A stretch of DNA of 64,000 nucleotides from Mustelus asterias (lineage: Eukaryota): positions 620,001 through 684,000 of the forward strand of contig NW_027590197.1 in NCBI RefSeq assembly GCF_964213995.1, in the 5' to 3' direction. Both the position numbers and the translations under genes were made by a program. The notes below the pieces were generated by a model. That model was not told the DNA's origin. It did no database searches and worked only from the letters and a program-made list of their open reading frames with translations. This document shows positions 23,238 through 35,446 of this stretch, piece after piece. Each line of letters starts with the position of its first letter. The stretch's first letter is position 1.

Positions 23238-23510
23238 TGTAAGAAGTCTCACAACACCAAGTTAAAGTCCAACAGGTTTATTTGGTAGCAAACACCACTA
23301 GCTTTCGGAGCGCTGCTCCTTCGTCAGGTGAGTGGGAGTTCTGATCATAAAAAATCCTGTTTTGTGAACAGAACTTCCACTCACCTGACGAAGGAGCAGC
23401 ACTCCGAAAGCTAGTGGCGTTTGCTACCAAATAAACCTGTTGGACTTTAACTTGATGTTGTGAGACTTCTTATGATGCTTATCCCAGTCCAACGCCGGCA
23501 CCTCCACATT
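23238..23510. mobile_element. Palindromic Penelope-derived mini-element with two opposed minimal hammerheads
   Basis: Arms ~23240-23350 and ~23362-23472; flanking duplication GTAAGTACA (23228-23236, 23513-23521); empty sites in paralogs at ~46315 and ~38075. Confidence 0.85.
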
Positions 23511-24276
23511 GTGTAAGTACATCCACAGTGATATTAGGGAAAGATTTCCAGCTGCACATTCCAGACTTTCCCTAGACTGTAGATGGATACCAGATTGATA
23601 TATTCCATTCAACCACACCCAAGATGAGTTATTCCAATTCCTTTATTGTCCAGGACAATATATTCACAATATCTTTGAAACAGAATTTAAACATTCCCAT
23701 TTGATTTCAGGTATTAACATATTCTGTTAGTTTGTTCTTTATTGTCAATGTCAGGCTGGGGTTGTTCTCCTTGGAGCAAAGGACAAGATTCTGACAGGTT
23801 TAGATAAGGTGGACAAAGAAAAACTGTTCCCATTAGCTGATGGGAGAAGGAGAGGGGGTCACAGATATAAAGTTTCGGGTCAGAGATGTAGGAGGGGATC
23901 TGAGGAAGAATATTTTGATGCAGCGAATGGTAATGACCTGAACGCGCTGCCTACGAGGGTGGAGGAAGTGGAGACAATAAACAATTACAAAGGAAATTGG
24001 ATGGGCATTTGGGGGGTTTCAAACAGAAATGCTGACTAAATATCTCTGAACTTCCTCACACTCTGTCACTCGGTGATCCGTGTGAAATTTGAAACCATGT
24101 ATTCGCAACAAGACACAAAGAGCATCAGCCCACTGGAGGCCAAGTTGTGAGACTGGTCAGTCCAGCAGAAAGAAACCCTCCGACCCTCCCCATTGACCAA
24201 CTGTGAGAATGAACAAAATGCAGTCCTGGATGTAACTGAGAGCAGAAACAATCACAGCAGAATCCAACCCCTGGAA

Positions 24277-24817
24277 TCACTCGTGAACTTGTTGGTGTCT
24301 CAGCAGCTGGGATGAATCTCTGAATCCCTTCCCACACTGAGAGCAGGTGAACGGCCTCTCCCCAGTGTGAACTCGCTGGTGTCTCTGCAGGCTGGACAAC
24401 TGAGTGAATCCATTCCCACACTAAGAGCAGGTGAATGACCTCTCCCCAGTGTGAATGCGCTGGTGTCTCCGCAGGCTGGATAACTGACTGAACCCCTTCC
24501 CACACTGAGAGCAGGTGAATGGTCTCTCCCCAGTGTGAATGCGCTGGTGTCGCTGCAGGTCAGATAATTGACTGAACCCCTTCCCACACTGAGAGCAGTT
24601 GAATGGCCTCTCCCCAGTGTGAACTCGCTGGTGTCTCCGCAGGGCGGATAAATCAATGAATCCTTTCCCACACTGAGAGCAGGTGAATGGCCTCTCCCCA
24701 GTGTGAACTCGCTGGTGTGTCCGCAGGGTGGATAACCGAGTGAATCCCTCCCCACACTGAGAGCAGGTGAACGGCCTCTCCCCAGTGTGAACTCGCTGGT
24801 GTCTCCGCAGGGTGGAT
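24277..24817 (-). pseudogene. Orphaned 3' half of ZNF gene (fingers 7-13) downstream of CR1 insertion
   Basis: ORF 24421..24837 fingers; in-frame TAG at 24421-24423; ends HQQVHE*. Confidence 0.85.
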
Positions 24818-25599
24818 AGAACATAGACATAGAACATAGAAAGTCACAGCACAAACAGGCCCTTCGGCCCACAAGTTGCGCCGATCACATCCCCACCTCT
24901 AGGCCTATCTATAGCCCTCAATCCCATTAAATCCCATGTACTCATCCAGAAGTCTCTTAAAAGACCCCAACGAGTTTGCCTCCACCACCACCGACGTCAG
25001 CCGATTCCACTCACCCACCACCCTCTGAGTGAAAAACTTACCCCTGACATCCCCCCTGTACCTACCCCCCAGCACCTTAAACCTGTGTCCTCTCGTAGCA
25101 ACCATTTCAGCCCTTGGAAATAGCCTCTGAGAGTCCACCCTATCCAGACCCCTCAACATCTTGTAAACCTCTATCAGGTCACCTCTCATCCTTCGTCTCT
25201 CCAGGGAGAAGAGACCAAGCTCCCTCAACCTATCCTCATAAGGCATGCCCCCCAATCCAGGCAACATCCTTGTAAATCTCCTCTGCACCCTTTCAATGGC
25301 TTCAACATCTTTCCTGTAATGAGGTGACCAGAACTGCGCGCAGTACTCCAAGTGGGGTCTAACCAGGGTCCTATAAAGCTGCAGCATTATCTCCCGACTC
25401 CTAAACTCAATCCCTCGATTAATGAAGGCTAGTACGCCATACGCCTTCTTGACCGCATCCTCCACCTGCGAGGCCGATTTAAGAGTCCTATGGACCCGGA
25501 CCCCAAGGTCCTTCTGATCCTCTACACTGCTAAGAATGGTACCCTTCATTTTATACTGCTGCTCCATCCCATTGGATCTGCCAAAATGGATCACTATCA
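24818..25599 (-). mobile_element. 5'-truncated CR1 inserted in sense in ZNF finger 7
   Basis: Tail (TAGAACA)-like at 24818-24840, short duplication TGGATA on both sides, uninterrupted ORF2 C-terminus. Confidence 0.93.
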
Positions 25600-26161
25600 A
25601 AATGGATAAATCAGTGAATCCCTTCCCACACTGAGAGCAGGTGAATGGTGTCTCCCCAGTATGAACTCGCTGGTGTATCCGCAGGCTGGATGACCGAGTG
25701 AATCCCTTCCCACACTGACAGCAGGTGAACGGCCTCTCCCCAGTGTGAACTCGCTGGTGTGTCTGCAGGGTGGATAAATCAGTGAATCCCTTCCCACACT
25801 GAGGGCAGGTGAATGGCCTCTCCCCAGTGTGAACTCGCTGGTGTCTTTGCACGTTGGATAACCGAGTGAATCCCGTCCCACACTGAGAGCAGGTGAACGG
25901 TCTCTCCCCAGTATGAACTCGCTGGTGTCTCTGCAGGCTGGATAACTGAGTGAATCCCTTCCCACACTGAGAGCAGGTGAAGGGCCCCTCCCCAGTGTGA
26001 ATTCGCTGGTGTGTCTGCAGGTGGGATGGTTGACTGAATCCCTTCCCACACTGAGAGCAAGTAAATGGCCTCTCCCCCGTGTGGCTGCGCCAATGAGCTT
26101 CCAGCTCAGATGGGTATTTGTATCTCTTCCCACAGTCCCCACATTTCCATGGTTTCTCCAT
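24905..26161 (-). CDS. Chimeric ORF: six C2H2 fingers fused in frame to CR1 ORF2 C-terminal region (418 aa from MEKPWKC)
   Basis: ORF track 24905..26296; junction [20 protein letters not shown]; expression unknown. Confidence 0.6.
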   Translation of the reverse strand: MEKPWKCGDCGKRYKYPSELEAHWRSHTGERPFTCSQCGKGFSQPSHLQTHQRIHTGEGPFTCSQCGKGFTQLSSLQRHQRVHTGERPFTCSQCGTGFTRLSNVQRHQRVHTGERPFTCPQCGKGFTDLSTLQTHQRVHTGERPFTCCQCGKGFTRSSSLRIHQRVHTGETPFTCSQCGKGFTDLSILIVIHFGRSNGMEQQYKMKGTILSSVEDQKDLGVRVHRTLKSASQVEDAVKKAYGVLAFINRGIEFRSREIMLQLYRTLVRPHLEYCAQFWSPHYRKDVEAIERVQRRFTRMLPGLGGMPYEDRLRELGLFSLERRRMRGDLIEVYKMLRGLDRVDSQRLFPRAEMVATRGHRFKVLGGRYRGDVRGKFFTQRVVGEWNRLTSVVVEANSLGSFKRLLDEYMGFNGIEGYR

Positions 26162-27854
26162 GGTGCAGGTGTCCTTTCCTCTCTCTTCAGTTGACAACTC
26201 GTCCACACACAGAACAGTCCCCCCACCCCCGCTGTGAATGGTGTGATATTTATTCAGGCTGTGTAACTGGTTCAAGCTCAGTGCACTGGAACACACTCAC
26301 TCCAGTCTGGCAGCGTGTTGGCACTTTTCCAGTCACACTGATGTTTGAAATCTTTTCAAGTCATCAGACCGGACAACCATTTCTCCTCGATTCAAAGGCC
26401 GATGATATTCAGGTCCTAAGGAATGTGACTCTGTCAGATCGAGATGTGGCGTTTGAGATTTCGGCCTGTGATTCCTCTTTCAATATCCTGTAAAACAAGT
26501 TTACAGAGGTCATCAGTGTCAGTGCAGGATAGAAATTCAGAACACACAATTCTAGTTTCTATGGAACATTCTTTCCTCTCTCCAGACTCGAAACATTGGC
26601 TCTATTCTCTCTCTATCTGGGGGATAGCGTGGGAAATGATGCTGCGGTAGATCAGCCAATTCTCAATGAATGGTTGCAGCAGTTCGATGGGCTGAATGGC
26701 CAACTGCAGCTCCTGTTTCTTATGATTTGTGTGTGGTGGACAGGAAGCAGTGAGCATGGATCTGTCAATCAGCCTCAATCAGCACCTTCAGGAGAATTGG
26801 GAGGGTGAATATTAGATACAGCAGAGTGAGAATGGAGGGAGAGTGAGTGGGATGGAGATTTACAGCTTTTGGGGAATGAGAGGAAAGAATGTTCATTAGA
26901 ATCATAGAATTCCTACATCTTATCAACCGTCCCTGAGCCTTCACAATGAATCTCTCTTCTCAAGACACTTATCTCTGACTTGTCTGTTCTGCTCGCAGTC
27001 TCACAAAGCAGCTGCCTGTGTGTTGATACGAGGGGCCCTGCTCAGCAAGTTTAATGTTTCATGACTGTGTCTTTAATGACTGAATAACTATAGGAATATG
27101 GTCAAGTCAGCTAAATCACATGATGCTTTATATTTCGGTTAGTAACTGTCCATTTTGTTAACATACCACATTTGGATATATAAATACAGATAAAAGCAAA
27201 ATATTGCAGGTGCTGGAATCTGAAACAAAAACAGAAAATGCTGGAAAATGTCAGCAGGTCTGACAGCATCTGTGGAGAGAGAATAGAGTCATCATTTAAA
27301 TCTGGATGACCCTTCATCAGAGCTCTGACAAAGGGTCATCCAGACTCGAAACGTTGGTCTATTCTCTCTCTATAAATATATATAGGACAGCTGCCTCAGG
27401 CTTGGCCCACTCTAACACATGCACGAAGCAGGGCTGACTATGTGGAAATGCTCAGATTAAAGTTTCCTGCCTTCTCTTTAACAGCGAGTGAAAATGTTTA
27501 TCGGCTTGCAGACCTTCAAAGGAGTCAGTGTCTGCTATTTCAGCATGAACAGGCTAATCTTCACCTGCGTAGGCCCCATAACATTCTGCTTTTCAGCCTT
27601 CACCAGAGGGTGAGCAAGGCCAGATTTCTCCATAGCAAATACCAAAGGCGAGATATGGGGATATGCTATGCAAATAAAGGATTAGCAGAAGTCAATTTTT
27701 CATCGAATGCGAAAGGGTGAAAAGCTAGGATTTAATTGGCGAATATGTCCGTCAACGAAGGATTAGAAACATTCCTGGTTTCTGATTTGCTGTAATTGAC
27801 TGTTATTGCCAAGTTATTTTTCTGTAACATCAGAACCACTTGCGGGTGGAGTTT

Positions 27855-28640
27855 AATTTAGACAAATGCGAGGTGATGCAGGACTTACTCAGTTAATGGT
27901 AGGGCGTTGGGGAGAGTTACAGAACAAAGAGATCTTGGGGTACATGTTCATAGCTCCTTGAAAATGGAGTCACAGATGGACAGAGTGGTGAAGAAGGCAT
28001 TCGGCATGCTTGGTTTCATCGGTCAGAACACTGAATACAGGAGTTGGAATGTCTCGTTGAAGTTGGACAAGACATTGGTAAGGCCACACTTGGAATACTG
28101 TGTGCAATTCTGGTCACCCTATTATAGAAAGGATATTATTAAACTAGAAAGAGTGCAGAAAAGATTTACGAGGATGCGACCAGGACTTGATGGATTGAGT
28201 TATAAGGAGAGACTGGATGGACTGGGACTTTTTTCTCTGGAGCGTCGGAGGCTGAGGGTTGATCTTGTAGAGGTCTATAAAATAATGAGGGGCACAGATC
28301 AGCTAGATAGTCAATATCTTTTCCCAAAGGTAGGGGAGTCTAAAACTAGAGGGCATAGGTTTAAGGTGAGAGGGGAGAGATACAAAAGTGTCCAGAGGGG
28401 CAATTTTTTCACACAGAGGGTGGTGAGTGTCTGGAACAAGCTGCCAGACGTAGGAGTGGAGGCGGGTACAATTTTGTCTTTTAAAAAGCATTTAGATAGT
28501 TACATGGGTACAATGGGCATAGAGGGATATGGGCCAAATGCGGGCAATTGGGATTAGCTTAGAAGTTTTTTTAAAAAGGGTGGCATGGACAAGTTGGCCA
28601 AAGGACCTGTTTCCATGCTGTAAACCTCTATGACTATGAC
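27855..28640 (+). mobile_element. CR1 3' fragment
   Basis: ORF 27907..28557 [19 protein letters not shown]; tail CTATGACTATGACT. Confidence 0.9.
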
Positions 28641-28644
28641 TCTG

Positions 28645-28925
28645 TGTAAAAAACTTGCCTCAAACATCTCCATTAAACCTCACCCCTCACACCTTAAACC
28701 TGTGCCCCCCCCCAGTAATTGACTCTTCCATCCTGGGAAAAAGCTTCTGACTATCCACTCTGTCCATGCCCCTCATAATCTTGTAGACTTCTATCAGGTC
28801 GCCCCTCAACCTCCGTCGTTCTAGTGAGAACAAACCAAGTTTCTCCAACCTCTCCTCATAACTAATGCCCTCCATACCAGGCAACATCCTGGTAAATCTT
28901 TTCTGTACCCTCTCCAAAGCCTCCT
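28645..28925 (-). mobile_element. CR1 ORF2 fragment
   Basis: ORF 28687..28917 [23 protein letters not shown]. Confidence 0.88.
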
Positions 28926-28929
28926 CCTT

Positions 28930-29122
28930 TTGAATGGACCGACCTCATATTAAGCTGATCTTTCTCTTCACCCTTTCTGTAACTGTAACTCTATATTCTG
29001 CACTCCCTCCTTTCCTTCTCCCCTATGTATTCTATGAACAGCATGCTTTGTCTGTATACCGCGCAAGAAACAATACTTTTCACTGTATCCCAATACATGT
29101 GACAATAATAAATCAAATCAAA
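28930..29122 (+). mobile_element. LINE 3' tail, possibly Rex1/Babar-like; second copy ~31465-31690 (-)
   Basis: Ends TGTGACAATAATAAATCAAATCAAA; reverse-complement copy present; family call from recollection only. Confidence 0.5.
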
Positions 29123-29384
29123 CCCATTGCTGCATTTCCTTCCTGAAGCCACATTTGTCCACTGGGGCCTGGCCCCGGGAGAAAGCGCTGCAGCTGCCGT
29201 TGTGTTGGGTGTTGAGGCGGTGCCGCTAGTTCCTTATTGGGGGTGTTGAAGCCTCCACTGGGTGTGTGGAGCCTCCACTGGGTGTGTGGAGCCTCCCCTC
29301 CCACCCACTGCCCCTAACGCTGCCTCCGCTTATCCGCCTCCTTCCCGCCTGAAGATCAGACAAACAAACGCCTGTCCCTGGACA

Positions 29385-29870
29385 TGAGCCGCACTGCGCA
29401 TGCTCAATGTCACAATGCCCGGGGACTGATTGACGGCAGCTCCGGACCAATAGGAAAAGGGGGCGGAGCTGGAGGACCGAGCGGGAGCGGCTGGTCCTCC
29501 AACCAGCGTGAATAGGGGAGGGGTCTGAAGCATGCGCAGTGCGGGTAATGGCGAGGGACGGACGGTTTTAACTCGAATCCGAGATCAGTTCAAGGTAAAG
29601 GGCGGCGCGCAGAGAGAGGTGAATGTGGCGGGTGGGTGGAGAGGTTTCGTAAACATGTTGTTCAAACTCAAACCCCGATAAATAACTTCCGGGGCGCCCT
29701 GTTGGTACCAAATTGGAGGCGCAACTTGTCGTGTTGGGCCTGGGCTGACGGCCGTCAATCTGTCGGTGGCAATGTCTATCAGTGCGCATGTGCGGCCGTC
29801 ATCTTTGTAAGGGGCAATGTGCAACAGGGTGCAGGTGCGATCGCCATGTTTGTAGGGGCGCAGGAGTGTC
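29385..29870 (+). promoter_or_regulatory. CpG-rich promoter/exon-1 module, type B
   Basis: NRF1 TGCGCATGC twice, CCAAT, GC box, candidate donor AAG|GTAAAG ~29595; reverse-complement homolog at 61830-62245. Confidence 0.7.
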
Positions 29871-30000
29871 TACCTTTGTGATGTATGGGACCTGAACCCA
29901 CTGCAGTCCATGTGGTGTAGGTACATCCACCCTGCTGGTAGGGAGGAAATTCCAGCATTTTGACCCAGCGACTGCGAAGGAACAGCGATATATTTCCAAG

Positions 30001-30813
30001 ATGTGGAGATGCCGGTGTTGGATTGGGGTAAACACAGTAAGAAGTCTCACAACACCAGGTTAAAGTCCAACAGGTTTATTTGGTAGCACAAGCCACTAGG
30101 TTTCGGAGCACTGCTCCTTCATCACGTAAGTGGGAGTTCTGTTCACAAACAGGGCATATAAAGACACAAACTCAATTTACAAAATAATGGTTGGAATACG
30201 TGTCTTTACAGGTAATCAAGTCTTTAAAGGTACAGACAATGTGAGTGGAGAAAGGGTTAAGCACAGGTTAAAGAGATGTGTATTGTCTCCAGCCAGGACA
30301 GTTAGTGAGATTTTGCAAGCCCAGGCAAGTCGTGGGGGTTACAGATAGTGTGACATGAACCCAAGATCCCGGTTGAGGCCGTCCTCATGTGTGTGGAACT
30401 TGGCTATCAGTCTCTGCTCAGCGACTCTGCGTTGTCGTGTGTCGTGAAGGCCGCCTTGGAGAACGCAGAGACTGATAGCCAAGTTCCGCACACATGAGGA
30501 CAGCCTCACTAGCTGTCCTGGCTGGAGACAATACACATCTCTTTAACCTGCGCTTAACGCTCTCTCCATTCACATTGTCTGTACCTTTAAGACTTGATTA
30601 CCTGTAAAGACTCGCATTCCAACCATTATTTTGTAAATTGAGTTTGTGTCTTTATATGCCCTGTTTGTGAACTGAAATCCCATTCATCTGACGAAGGAGC
30701 AGCGCTCCGAAAGCTAGTGGCTTTTGCTACCAAATAAACCTGTTAGACTTTAACCTGGTGTTGTGAGACTTCTTATTGTGTTTACCCCAGTCCAACACCG
30801 GCATCTCCACATC
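30001..30813. mobile_element. Large palindromic Penelope-like remnant
   Basis: 30001-30300 is the reverse complement of 30510-30812; GIY-YIG C-terminus ..GLNRDLGFMSHYL* (30339..30536); hammerhead core at ~30685-30720. Confidence 0.88.
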
Positions 30814-30969
30814 ATTCTCGGTGTAAACAGGAGGGGATGTGTTTGGAGACAGAATGTTCCAGTTTTCACCCTGACATTCCCAGTATGAATAAGATGCTAG
30901 ATCAAATGGGGATGTTTTAAGACATCATTTCATTGCCTGGTCAGTAACCTCCTTGAGCTCAGCTCATTC

Positions 30970-31410
30970 TGGGCTGGGAGTGTTTGATGGGGCGGTGTAG
31001 AGGGAGTGTATGAAAACTGTGCCTACTCTCTGGCACTGTTAGGGGACAGGATGTCCCAATTCTCCATCTTTAAAAGGTCAAAGAGAGGACCAACTGGATT
31101 AAATGGTGTTGCTTTATGACATAATTTAATTGCCTGGTAACTAACCTCCTGGAACCCAGCTCATTATGGGCTGGGAGTGTTTGGTGGGGCAATGCAGATG
31201 GAGTTTTTCTTATCTAAAGTGTTCCTCCTCTCTGGCACTGTTTGATGTGGCACATAATGGGAGTTTTCCTTTGTACCTAGCTTGGGTAGTGCTTCCCCTG
31301 GGAGTTTTTCACAGGATGATTTGGAGAGAACTTTCCTCTGTACCTTTGATGGGTTGTACATACCTTAGGAGTGTTTGATGGGAAAGTGTAGAGGGAGCCT
31401 TGCACTGTCC
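30970..31410 (+). repeat. Degenerate copies of GGGAGTGTTTGATGGG..GTAGAGGGAG minisatellite-like unit
   Basis: Motif recurs at ~30976, 31173, 31300, 31368. Confidence 0.5.
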
Positions 31411-31691
31411 TTCAAGTGTTGCAATTGCCCTGCATGATTTCTACTTCACAACATGTGCATTAAATTTTGATTTGATTTATTGTCAAATGTATTGGGATCC
31501 ACTGAAAAGTATTGTTTCTTGCACGCTATACAGACAAAGCATACCTTTCATGGAGTACATGGGGAGAAGGAAAGGATAGGGTGCAGGTACAGGTAGGGTG
31601 AAGAGAAAGATCAGCTTAATATATGATATGACCATTCAAACATGACAGTCGGAAGAAGTTGTTCTTGAGTCGTTTGGTACATGTTTTCAGA

Positions 31692-32460
31692 CCATAGAAC
31701 ATTAAAGCACAGAAACAGGCCTTTTGGCCCTTCTTGGCTGTGCTGAACCATTTTTTTGCCTCGTCCCACTGACCTGCACTTGGACCACACCCCTCTCATC
31801 CATGAACCCGTCCAAGTTTTTCTTAAATGTTAAAAGCATTTACCACTTTATCCGGAAACTCATTCCAGACTCCCATCACTCTCTGCGTGAAGAAGCCCCC
31901 CCTAATATTCCCTTTAAACTTTTCTCCTTTCACCCTTAACCCATGCCCTCTGGTTTTTTTCTCCCCTGGCCTCAGTGGAAAAAGCCTGCTTGCATTCACT
32001 CTATCTATACCCATCAAAATCTTATACACCTCTATCAAATCTCCCCTCATTCTTCTACGCTCCAGGGAATAAAGTCCTAACCTATTCAACTTTTCTCTGT
32101 AACTCAGTTTCTCAAGTCCCGGCAACATCCTTGTGAACCTTCTCTGCACTCTTTCAACCTTATTAATATCCTTCCTGTAATTAGGTGACCAAAACTGCAC
32201 ACAATACTCTAAATTCGGCCTCACCAATGTCTTATACAACCTCACCATGACACTCCAACTCTCATACTCGATACTTTGATTTATAAAGGCCAATGTACCA
32301 AAAGCACTCTTTATGACCCTATCTACCTGTGGCGCCACTTTTAGGAAATTATGTATCTGTATTCCCAGATCCCTCAGTTCTACTGCACTCTTCAGTGCCG
32401 ACCATTTACCTTGTATGTTCTACCTTGGTTTGTCCTTCCAAAGTGCAATACCTCACACTT
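31692..32460 (-). mobile_element. CR1 3' fragment
   Basis: ORF 31823..32338 [17 protein letters not shown]. Confidence 0.9.
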
Positions 32461-32714
32461 GGTCTGGCCAACATGTGACTCCAAAGCCACAACAATGTGG
32501 TTGACTCTCAACTGCCCTCCAATGGCAACTAGGGATGGGTAATAAATGCTGGCCAGCCAGCGACATCCATGTCCCATAAATGAATAAAAAGAATTCAATT
32601 GAACAGCTTGGTGGGCTGAATTTCTAACTATTTCTTACGATCTGTCAGGAACATGAAATGGTGAGTGTCGATCAGCATTAATTAGCACCTTCAGGGTAAT
32701 TGGGTAGTGTATAT

Positions 32715-32980
32715 TAAAGTTTAAAGTTTATTTAATAGTCACAAGTAAGGCTTATATTAACACTGCAATGAAGTTAGTGTGAAATTCACCTAGTTGTCAC
32801 ACTCCGGCACCTGTTCGGGTCAATGCACCGAACCAGCACGTCTTTCAGAATGTGGGAGGAAACTCATGCAGACACGGGGAGAACGTGCAAACTCCACACA
32901 GACAGTGACCCAAGCCGGAAGTCGAACCCGGGTCCCTGGCACTGTGAGGCAGCAGTGCTAACCACTGTGCTACCGTGCCG
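32715..32980 (-). mobile_element. tRNA/V-SINE with alternative (non-CR1) tail
   Basis: HE1-like head and V domain, tail ..CTTACTTGTGACTATTAAATAAACTTT. Confidence 0.8.
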
Positions 32981-33125
32981 CAGAATGCTAAATGGAATGA
33001 GAGAGAGAGTGTATGTGTGAGGGGCGTGGGTGGAGATTTAAAGAATGTTCCATAGAAACTACAATTGTCTGTTTTGAATTTCTATCATGTGCTGACAGTG
33101 ATGATTTTTGTAAACTGCTTTCAGT

Positions 33126-33530
33126 GGATATTGGAAGGAGAGGTTTTGAAAATGGAAATCTCAAAAGAGTCACTTGATTCATAAGGACGTGAAAATCATC
33201 AGCCTTTTTAACATCAGTGTGAGTGGAAAAGCGCTGAGATTCTCACACCCGCATCAGAGTGTTCCAGTGCACTGATTGTGGAGAGACACAAGGACTCCGA
33301 CACCATGGAGAAACCATGGAAATGTGGAGACTGTGGGGAGGGATTCAGAGCCCCATCTGAGGTGGAATCTCATCGACGCAGTCACACCGGGGAGAGACCG
33401 TTCATATGCTGCACTTGTGGGAAAGGATTCAATCATTCATCGAATCTGCTGAGACACCAGTGAATTCACGCTGAGGAGAGGCTAGTCACCTGCTCACAGT
33501 GTGGGAAGGGATTCAGAGATTCATTCACCC
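33126..33530 (+). pseudogene. Truncated ZNF pseudogene (2-3 fingers)
   Basis: ORF 33278..33463 [11 protein letters not shown].., premature TGA, broken by poly-G. Confidence 0.8.
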
Positions 33531-33649
33531 TGGCGGGGGGGGGGGGGGGGGGGGGGGGGAGAGGAGGAGCAGGGGGGGAAAGAGAAGGGAGGGGAAAGAG
33601 AAAGATTGAGAGAGAGAGAAAGATTGAGAGAGAAAGAATCCAACCCCTG

Positions 33650-34690
33650 TAATCGCTTGTGAACTTGTTGGTGTCTCTGGAGGTTGGATGACCGATTGAA
33701 TTCCTTCCCACACACAGAGCAGGTGAATGTCTCTCCCCAGTGTGACTGCGCCGATGAGTTTCCAGTGCAGATGGGAACCTGAATCCTTTCCCACAGTCCC
33801 CACATTTACACAATTTCTCCATGGTGCGGGTGTCCTTGTGGCTCCAGGCTTGACAGTCAGTTCAGTTACAACATAACATGGGTGCGGTCTCTCTGCTGCA
33901 ATGTATTTTCAGGCTGTTTAACTGGTTAAAGTTCTTTCCACAGTCACTCAGGTGTGTGCATGTTTCTGTGTGTGTGTGTGTCTCAGTGCTTTTCCAGTCA
34001 CACTGTTGTTTAAAATCTCCTGAAGCAGACAGAGCAGAGAAACATTTCCATTCTAGGTTCAAAGGTCGATGATATTCAGGTCCCAATGAACTGAGTGACT
34101 ATGTTAGATTTTGATGTGAAGTTTGATTTGATAATTGTCTTTAAATCTTCACCTTCTGATACCCTGCAAAAGGAATTTACAAAAGTCATCAGTGTCAGTA
34201 CAGGATAGAAATTCAGAACGGACAATTCCAGTTTCTATGGAACATTCGTTCCTCTCTCATTCCCCAAAAGCTGTGAATCTCCATCCCACACACTCTCCCT
34301 CCATTCTCACTCTGCTGTATCTAATATTCACCCTCCCAATTCTCCTGAAGGTGCTGATTGAGGCTGATTGACAGATCCACGCTCGCTGCTTCCTGTCCTG
34401 GGCACAGAGAGAGCTGAAAGTTTCCATGCAGGCTGCCAGACAGATAAATGTCTACATTACTGGAGTAAAAATGTGTGGAATGTACAGACCGAATTCACTT
34501 CCTTTCCCTTCAGTTGCTGCAAGTCCCCAATTTCCCCCAGAATGAGAAAAGAAATGGAAAGGGGGAAACATTGATTTCCTCCCAGATGTTGCCCAGAGGA
34601 GGGAGTTTCACTCTGCAGCTCATTGGACAACTTACGCATTGTGACATCACAATGGAGCCCTGCCTGAATCAGCCAATAGGAATCAGTCTC
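33650..34690 (-). pseudogene. ZNF pseudogene with promoter, exon 1, exon 2 and a 2-finger frameshifted last exon
   Basis: CCAAT/CRE-like promoter 34620-34690, exon 1 ~34585-34620 with mutated donor, exon 2 ~34332-34432, [10 protein letters not shown] at 33822. Confidence 0.8.
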
Positions 34691-34699
34691 TTCCACAAT

Positions 34700-34880
34700 G
34701 ACTAGTTCTGGAAGACGAGAGTGTGGCTCATGTTGTTCCGCTGTTTAAGAAGGGTTGCAAAGAGAAGCCTGGTAATTACAGGCCGGTGAACCTGACAACA
34801 GTGGCAGGTAAGTTACTGGAGAGGATTCTGGCCAACCTTTGGATAATCAAGGTCCGGTTAGGGAGAGTTGTCAGAGATCC
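34700..34880 (+). mobile_element. CR1 ORF2 fragment
   Basis: VVPLFKKGCKEKPGNYRPVNLTTVAGKLLERIL. Confidence 0.8.
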
Positions 34881-35029
34881 TGGGTACCAGCAACTTTAGG
34901 CACTCTTAGTCGACTTGAGTACAAACAGCACTGGACACCAGGCATAATCCAATGTGGGGCCTTTAATGACTTGTGCACAAGGAGAAACCCTGTGCAGCTG
35001 TCCCGCAAGTGGTTCTGATGTTACAGAAA

Positions 35030-35446
35030 AAGAACCCAGGTCATCCTGTGATCAGGGGGGCTGGTGGGAGGAGGGGGCGGGATGCAGGTCATCCTCTGAT
35101 CGGGGGGGGGGGGGAGTGGTGGGAGGAGGGGGCGGGACCCAGGTGATCCTCTTATCGGTGGGAGGAGTGGGTGGGAGGAGGGGGCGGGACCCAGGTCATC
35201 CTCTGATCAGTGGGTGGGAGGAGGGGGCGGGACCCAGGTCATCCTCTGATCGGGGGGGGGGGGGTTGGTGGGAGGAGGGGGCGGGACCCAGGTCATCCTC
35301 TGATGGGTGGGGGGAGGGGTTGGGACCCAGGTCATCCTCTGATCAGTGGGGGGAGTGGGTGGGTGGAGGGGGCGGGACCCAGGTCATCCTCTGATCAGTG
35401 GGGGGAGTGGGTGGGAGGAGGGGGCGGGACCCAGGTCATCCTCTGA
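35030..35446. repeat. G-rich minisatellite, ~9 units of 40-55 bp (GGGGGCGGGACCCAGGTCATCCTCTGAT + G-runs)
   Basis: Core repeats directly visible. Confidence 0.92.

Larger units (their letters stand above)
20238..27162. repeat. Left arm of ~7-kb inverted segmental duplication (partner 35455-42788)
   Basis: Continuous reverse-complement similarity including non-TE sequence and the ZNF gene. Confidence 0.88.
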
